In this document: piece by piece, positions 27,395 through 32,000 of the stretch
How positions within the stretch are numbered: the first letter of the stretch is position 1
How the letters are laid out: every line of letters starts with the position of its first letter
Source of the DNA: Candidatus Heimdallarchaeota archaeon
GTDB taxonomy: Archaea > Asgardarchaeota > Heimdallarchaeia > JABLTI01
Length of the DNA stretch: 32,000 nucleotides
Direction: 5' to 3'
NCBI GenBank assembly: GCA_030614005.1
Contig: JAUWKS010000004.1
Coordinates: 83,438-115,437 of the forward strand
The notes under the pieces: model-generated
Told to the model about the DNA's origin: nothing
The model's database searches: none
The model's input: the letters and a program-made list of their open reading frames with translations, nothing else
Translations under genes and position numbers: made by a program

Positions 27395-29392
27395 TCAATT
27401 TATTATTGGTAAACAAAACGATATATCATATTGTTCTTCGCACCTATTACATGAGAAATGAGCAGTAAGTTTCTCACATTTAATGCCTTTTTCTGTAGTG
27501 ATAGTAATCTGATATTCACCTTTGCATTGTGAGCAATTCTCAGGAACAACTAAGATAATCTCTTCACCTGTATCAAGCAATGTTTTCTTCGAATGAAATT
27601 TCCCAAGACCAAATAGCTCTAACTCTTCAAGCAAACCATCAAAATAAAGAATGGTTTTTTTACTTTTTTCTATAGCAAATAAACGACCGGATTTTGTTAG
27701 CATCGTTTTTGGAGATGCATTTGCATAAGTCAATTCCCTACTTAAACTACTGCTGAGAGTATCTGAAAGATTTTTACCTCGCAGAGTAGCTTTACTGAAA
27801 AAATTTGCTATTCCTAATAGACCTAATTTTTCCAAACGATCAGCATCATGTACAATTTGACAATGAATATTACAATCCATTTGATCATTATAAAGTGCAG
27901 AAATAGCAGAGAGGATCAGTTGTATCTCCTTAGTAGAGAAACTTTCCTCTTTCAAAATACGCTCAGCAATATTTGCCGAATGAGTCTCTTCAGGGATATT
28001 ATCAATATGATACTGTCCTAAAACAAATTTTCCTGCATCGTGGAATAAAGCAGCAATTGTAGGAATGAGAGGATTTACTCCCTCTCTAAGTGCAAGAGTA
28101 TAAGCAATTTTTCCGACACGATATGAATGATCCCATAAGAAATTAGTTTCATAAGAAGAAGAATTTTCTTTGTTAAAATCACTTTCCGATTTTTGGATAA
28201 TTCGTTTTATTTTTACAAGTAATTTCGATGAGCGATTGCTGATTAACTCATCCATATCGTATTTCTTATGGTTTTTCTTCTTCAAATGCATCTTTCCCTT
28301 TAGTGATGAAATTTTGGATTTCAATGCTTGATTAGTTTGCTGTTTAGATGATGAATTTTGAACATCTAAAGCATCAGTATAAGAGTGCAATTCGAGGAAT
28401 CCTACTTTATTTCTATTCCACTTCTCAGCTTCCATGGTAAATGCTTGAAAACAGAGAGATTGAATATCTGTTTTGTTCTTATCATCCTTAGATGTTAGAT
28501 CATTTAAATTGTATAGAACTAAACCTACAATGAAATAATTCTCTTTCTTAAATAGGTTAGTTGCTAAATCAAATATTTTTTCCAAATCTTTTTGGGATAA
28601 CTGCATAAACAATTTTTCTTGTAGAAATACAAACAATTCGTTTAATTCTTTTCTTTGAAATTTATTCTCTACAGAAAATGATTGATTTGGAATAAAGAAG
28701 TCAAGATCTATTGCATTAAGATTAGGTAATAACTCTGGCTCATTCAGATTTGTAAATATTTCTTCTGCTATTTTTTTATACTTGGAGGCTATTGGTAGAA
28801 AGGTTATTTTTGGAACTAGACGATGAATATCATCTGCTCTACTTCGCTTTATTAGTGAAAGTAAAAGTCCACTTTCCAAAAGACTCCGTACATTAATTGC
28901 AGCGGTTAATGGTTCAATTTTACCAGTTGAAGGCCAATAGGGTACTATCATTGAAGAATCCATTAAATTACTAATTAGCTCTTGAAGAATATTTGATGAT
29001 AACAAAGGCATATCAACAGGAGTCAACAACACAAAATTATTCTTTACTGCTTGAATGCCAGTCAATATACCTAAAGTAGGACCTGAACATAAATAGGATG
29101 GATTATCTTTTAAGATTTTCACTTTTGATTTTACTGCACCATCCATCTTAGATATTGTAGATGAATAAAGCAAAACTTGAATTGAATTATTAACAACAAC
29201 GATAATTTCATCACAAATTTCAGAGAGAACTGTAACAGTTCTTTGTAAAAGATTCATATTTTCAGATATTGTAAGGAGAGCCTTATCTTGCCAAGGTTCA
29301 TTTTCTTTCTGAAACCGAGTACTTGTACCGCCTGCAATAATTATCCCACTGATATTGTGTGGAAAAGAAAATTTTAATGGCATAGTATTCAT
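27395..29392 (-). CDS. MobA-like NTP transferase fused to an HD domain and a C-terminal Cys (Zn-ribbon-like) segment
   Basis: IIAGGTSTRF...DKALL...GPTLGI...PVDMP...EPL (MobA family); WDHSYRV...ALFHDAGK...DADRLEKLG (HD); CSQC...CNRC. Confidence 0.85.
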   Translation of the reverse strand: MNTMPLKFSFPHNISGIIIAGGTSTRFQKENEPWQDKALLTISENMNLLQRTVTVLSEICDEIIVVVNNSIQVLLYSSTISKMDGAVKSKVKILKDNPSYLCSGPTLGILTGIQAVKNNFVLLTPVDMPLLSSNILQELISNLMDSSMIVPYWPSTGKIEPLTAAINVRSLLESGLLLSLIKRSRADDIHRLVPKITFLPIASKYKKIAEEIFTNLNEPELLPNLNAIDLDFFIPNQSFSVENKFQRKELNELFVFLQEKLFMQLSQKDLEKIFDLATNLFKKENYFIVGLVLYNLNDLTSKDDKNKTDIQSLCFQAFTMEAEKWNRNKVGFLELHSYTDALDVQNSSSKQQTNQALKSKISSLKGKMHLKKKNHKKYDMDELISNRSSKLLVKIKRIIQKSESDFNKENSSSYETNFLWDHSYRVGKIAYTLALREGVNPLIPTIAALFHDAGKFVLGQYHIDNIPEETHSANIAERILKEESFSTKEIQLILSAISALYNDQMDCNIHCQIVHDADRLEKLGLLGIANFFSKATLRGKNLSDTLSSSLSRELTYANASPKTMLTKSGRLFAIEKSKKTILYFDGLLEELELFGLGKFHSKKTLLDTGEEIILVVPENCSQCKGEYQITITTEKGIKCEKLTAHFSCNRCEEQYDISFCLPIIN

Positions 29393-29460
29393 CTTTCTAA
29401 ATTATCTTCAAATACCAAATATTTTTCGATGAAAATAAAAAAAAGAAGGAGAAAAATGAA

Positions 29461-30741
29461 TTAGTCCTGTCTTCTTCGATCACTTCTTGAACGGGTTTTT
29501 GGAGGTTTCTTCTTAACTTCATCTGATATGCTTTTCATATCTACTTTTTTAACCTCTTCAACAGGTTCTTCTTCTTCTTCAATTACTTCGTCTTCTACGT
29601 CATCTTCAGCATAGAAAGCTTCGTCGATCTCTTTGTCTTCGCGTTTTTGACGAGTGTCTTTCTCACGCATTTTCTGTAATGCTTCTGAAACTTCAACTCG
29701 TTTAGTTTCTTTACCAGCTGTAAATAATATCAATCCGAATACAATGAGAACTAAAAATCCACCTAATATACTAAGGGTAAAAATCCAGAAGTCTGGAACG
29801 GGGTTTGTTGGAGAATCAACTGGCAATTGGAAAAAGACCCAGGAAATGATATTCTCCCAGAGTTGAGCATTATCATATGCTTCATACCAAGTCATATTTG
29901 CTCCAGGTATTTCTAGATCACTAAACATTATTCCAGAACAGATTGAAATTGCTCTGCCACCGTATTTTTCATTAGCATTTAGAATTGTATGATTACTAAC
30001 TGCGCCAACAGGAATTGAACTAGTGTTCTCGTCAGTGTATTCCATATAGTACGACGTTTCAGGAACGGTTAACACTCTTTCGCTGGAACCAGTTGCACTG
30101 ATACTCGTTGTAATAGTTAATAATTCATCAATTGCTTCATCAATTTTAGGGTTACCAGTGATGATTGAATGGTCTGTATCAAAACTACTATTGTCTAAAT
30201 AAATGAAACGTTGATCATCGTATCTATATGAGAAATCGTTCAACATCAGAGTATTTCGAGGTTGAAAGCTTAACTCACCGTATGTGCCATCCATCATCGA
30301 ATTGAGATAATTAGTTTGAGATGTGAAATTACGCATACTATCTTCGAAAAGAAATGGGTTGGCCATGAATAAAACTGAACCACTATCTTGGATATATTCA
30401 GTTAAAGCTAATTTTTCTAAAGGTGAATATGGATCCTCAGCGAGATAGTAAGGAGCGGGTAAGATAAGTAAGTCTGCTCCACGAAGACTAGTCAATGTGA
30501 AATTATCTTCGTTAATAATTATTTCAGCATCATATTTTGTTTCCAATAAATCTAAAGCAGATTGCATGTGGGTATTATTGAAAAAGGTTTGATGAGCAAC
30601 ATCAAAAATAACAATTGGGTTTTCACCCTTAAAACCGGCAGTTTCAAAAGTACCTGGTGAAGTAAAGCTCATTTGAATAACAATTGCCAGCAAAGCAATA
30701 ACAAACATAGTAGTATAGAATTTCTTAGAGTTCATATGCAT
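29461..30741 (-). CDS. Secreted or membrane-anchored GIFT (GldG/IFT52)-like domain protein with an acidic/basic cytoplasmic tail
   Basis: N-terminal signal/anchor; IVIFDVAH...LRGADLLILPAP...EKLALTEYIQDSGSVLFM pattern; TM at aa ~320-343; Glu/Asp-rich then Lys/Arg-rich tail. Confidence 0.65.
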   Translation of the reverse strand: MHMNSKKFYTTMFVIALLAIVIQMSFTSPGTFETAGFKGENPIVIFDVAHQTFFNNTHMQSALDLLETKYDAEIIINEDNFTLTSLRGADLLILPAPYYLAEDPYSPLEKLALTEYIQDSGSVLFMANPFLFEDSMRNFTSQTNYLNSMMDGTYGELSFQPRNTLMLNDFSYRYDDQRFIYLDNSSFDTDHSIITGNPKIDEAIDELLTITTSISATGSSERVLTVPETSYYMEYTDENTSSIPVGAVSNHTILNANEKYGGRAISICSGIMFSDLEIPGANMTWYEAYDNAQLWENIISWVFFQLPVDSPTNPVPDFWIFTLSILGGFLVLIVFGLILFTAGKETKRVEVSEALQKMREKDTRQKREDKEIDEAFYAEDDVEDEVIEEEEEPVEEVKKVDMKSISDEVKKKPPKTRSRSDRRRQD

Positions 30742-30973
30742 GCATCTACCATTTTTTCATAATTAATTTGATGAGTAATTCTATGAGAAGTGTTCCTCAC
30801 CTAACGATTATTTAACTTTTTTGAAGGTTTAGATTTACTAGTAATAAATCAATATCCTTTTGGACTGAAATTCTGCTTTATTTATCGATATTTAAAGATT
30901 TATTTGATGTGGTGAAAGAAAAAGCATAAAATAAACTTAAAACCAAAGAAGCACAAGAAGAAAATGAGGTAAA

Positions 30974-31543
30974 TTGATGACAACTATCTTTCTTGCGGTA
31001 ACAGGTGCACAAGGCTCAGGCAAATCTGTTTTTACAGGCATAGCTAAAAACAAGTATAATATTCCAACATACCGTTTAGGGGATATTATAATTGAGGAAT
31101 GTAAGAAAAAAGGATTAGAAATTAACGGAAGAAATATGGGGAAAATGTCATCTGTGTTACGATTTGAGGGTGGACAGCAAGTGATTGCAAGTAGAGCAAT
31201 TCCTGCTATTCAAAAAGCACTAGAGAAAAAACCACAATTGTTGATAATTGATGGAGTGCGATCCTTTGAAGAATTAAGCTATTTCCGTGAAAAATTTAAA
31301 GATGTAAGATTAATAGCAATAATAACATCATTAAAAAAACGAAAACAAAGGGTAACAGCTAGGAAAAGAATAGATCTAGGCACTTTGGGTGACTTTGAAG
31401 AGAGAGAACAAAGAGAATTAGGATTTGGTTTAGGGAATGTAATAACAAAAGCAGATTACGTTATCTTAAATGAGGATATAAATAAAGAAGAATTTGTCAA
31501 GCAAATAGAAGATCTTCTCAAGCTAATTTTAAATGAAAAGTAA
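30974..31543 (+). CDS. P-loop kinase, archaeal UPF0200 / dephospho-CoA-kinase-like family
   Basis: VTGAQGSGKS Walker A, IIDGVRS, RRID...DFEERE.RELGFG, ADYVILNE; GAGGT SD upstream. Confidence 0.8.
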   Translation: MMTTIFLAVTGAQGSGKSVFTGIAKNKYNIPTYRLGDIIIEECKKKGLEINGRNMGKMSSVLRFEGGQQVIASRAIPAIQKALEKKPQLLIIDGVRSFEELSYFREKFKDVRLIAIITSLKKRKQRVTARKRIDLGTLGDFEEREQRELGFGLGNVITKADYVILNEDINKEEFVKQIEDLLKLILNEK

Positions 31544-31619
31544 CGGATTTAAAAGAAGAGTTGTTTAGATGACCCTGCATTATCTGCTAAGTCATCACTT
31601 TGCTATTTGTTCTATAAAC

Positions 31620-31775
31620 TTACCAACTATGTGATCTCAATTTACTTGTAGCGCCAAAACCACAGCTAGCACAAACTGATTTTCTCATATTGTAAGAATT
31701 ATTTCCACAGCGCCTACAGCGCATGTGAGTTGGAGTGCGGTTTGCTTTACCTTTACTTGGAGTACCTTTAGACAT
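31620..31775 (-). CDS. rpl37e: 50S ribosomal protein L37e
   Basis: Not in ORF track; hand translation [51 protein letters not shown], showing the KGT.S.GK and CRRCG...CASCGFG Zn finger. Confidence 0.96.
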   Translation of the reverse strand: MSKGTPSKGKANRTPTHMRCRRCGNNSYNMRKSVCASCGFGATSKLRSHSW

Positions 31776-32000
31776 TATGGATCAACCTTCAATTTTTTTG
31801 TCTTATTTGACTTCTTTTCAGATTGTGAAACTTTTCCTTTATAATTCTTTCTTTCGATAGTAATATTCATATTATCAATAATGATTATTAGAATGTTTTC
31901 AATAATTGAAAAATATAAGGCTGATATATATTTTTCTTCAACACCATTAAGCAGCTTATGTCAAAATTGGCAAACTATCAATAGTATAGATTATTTTGAT

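Noticed and set aside
31568-31596. GATGAC...GTCATC inverted repeat between the convergent kinase and rpl37e genes
   Set aside because: Only 6 bp with a 17-nt loop; could be a terminator but is not distinguishable from chance.
31776-32000. Expected Sm-like (Lsm) gene upstream of rpl37e
   Set aside because: The region is AT-rich with no Sm-like frame visible within the window.

Overview
AT-rich archaeal chromosomal window with 25 supported CDSs (one truncated at the left edge); no rRNA, tRNA, CRISPR array or transposase was seen. The archaeal markers (L37e, Pth2, NIP7, long FKBP), together with an Arf-like GTPase/roadblock-like fusion, a GIFT-like membrane protein and an SRD5A-type reductase, suggest an Asgard (possibly Heimdallarchaeia-like) host; this is inference, not a database result. 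Left to right: (i) a tightly coupled minus-strand operon korD-korA-korB-korC-hdrA-mvhD-mvhG-mvhA' joining a 2-oxoacid:ferredoxin oxidoreductase to an MvhADG-HdrA module; (ii) a 9-bp-period intergenic array that reads as Cxx repeats; (iii) an atypical Arf-like GTPase and a membrane-anchored protein with a cytoplasmic proline-rich tail ending in a WH2/MIM1/VASP-like helix; (iv) housekeeping genes (MazG-like, Nop2/RsmB, NIP7, FKBP, Pth2 fused to an unknown domain, PRC-barrel); (v) two MgtE/SLC41-like paralogues, with three of four Mg-site Asp replaced by Asn, plus a doubled PhoU-TrkA_C protein with a ~290-aa tetrad-repeat tail; (vi) a steroid 5-alpha-reductase-like gene and an orphan amino-methyltransferase; (vii) a double-length UvrA followed by a small Cys-containing protein with a PIP-box-like C-terminus; (viii) a MobA-HD-Zn ribbon fusion, a GIFT-like protein, a P-loop kinase and rpl37e. 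The mvhA fragment and rpl37e were missing from the ORF track and were translated by hand.
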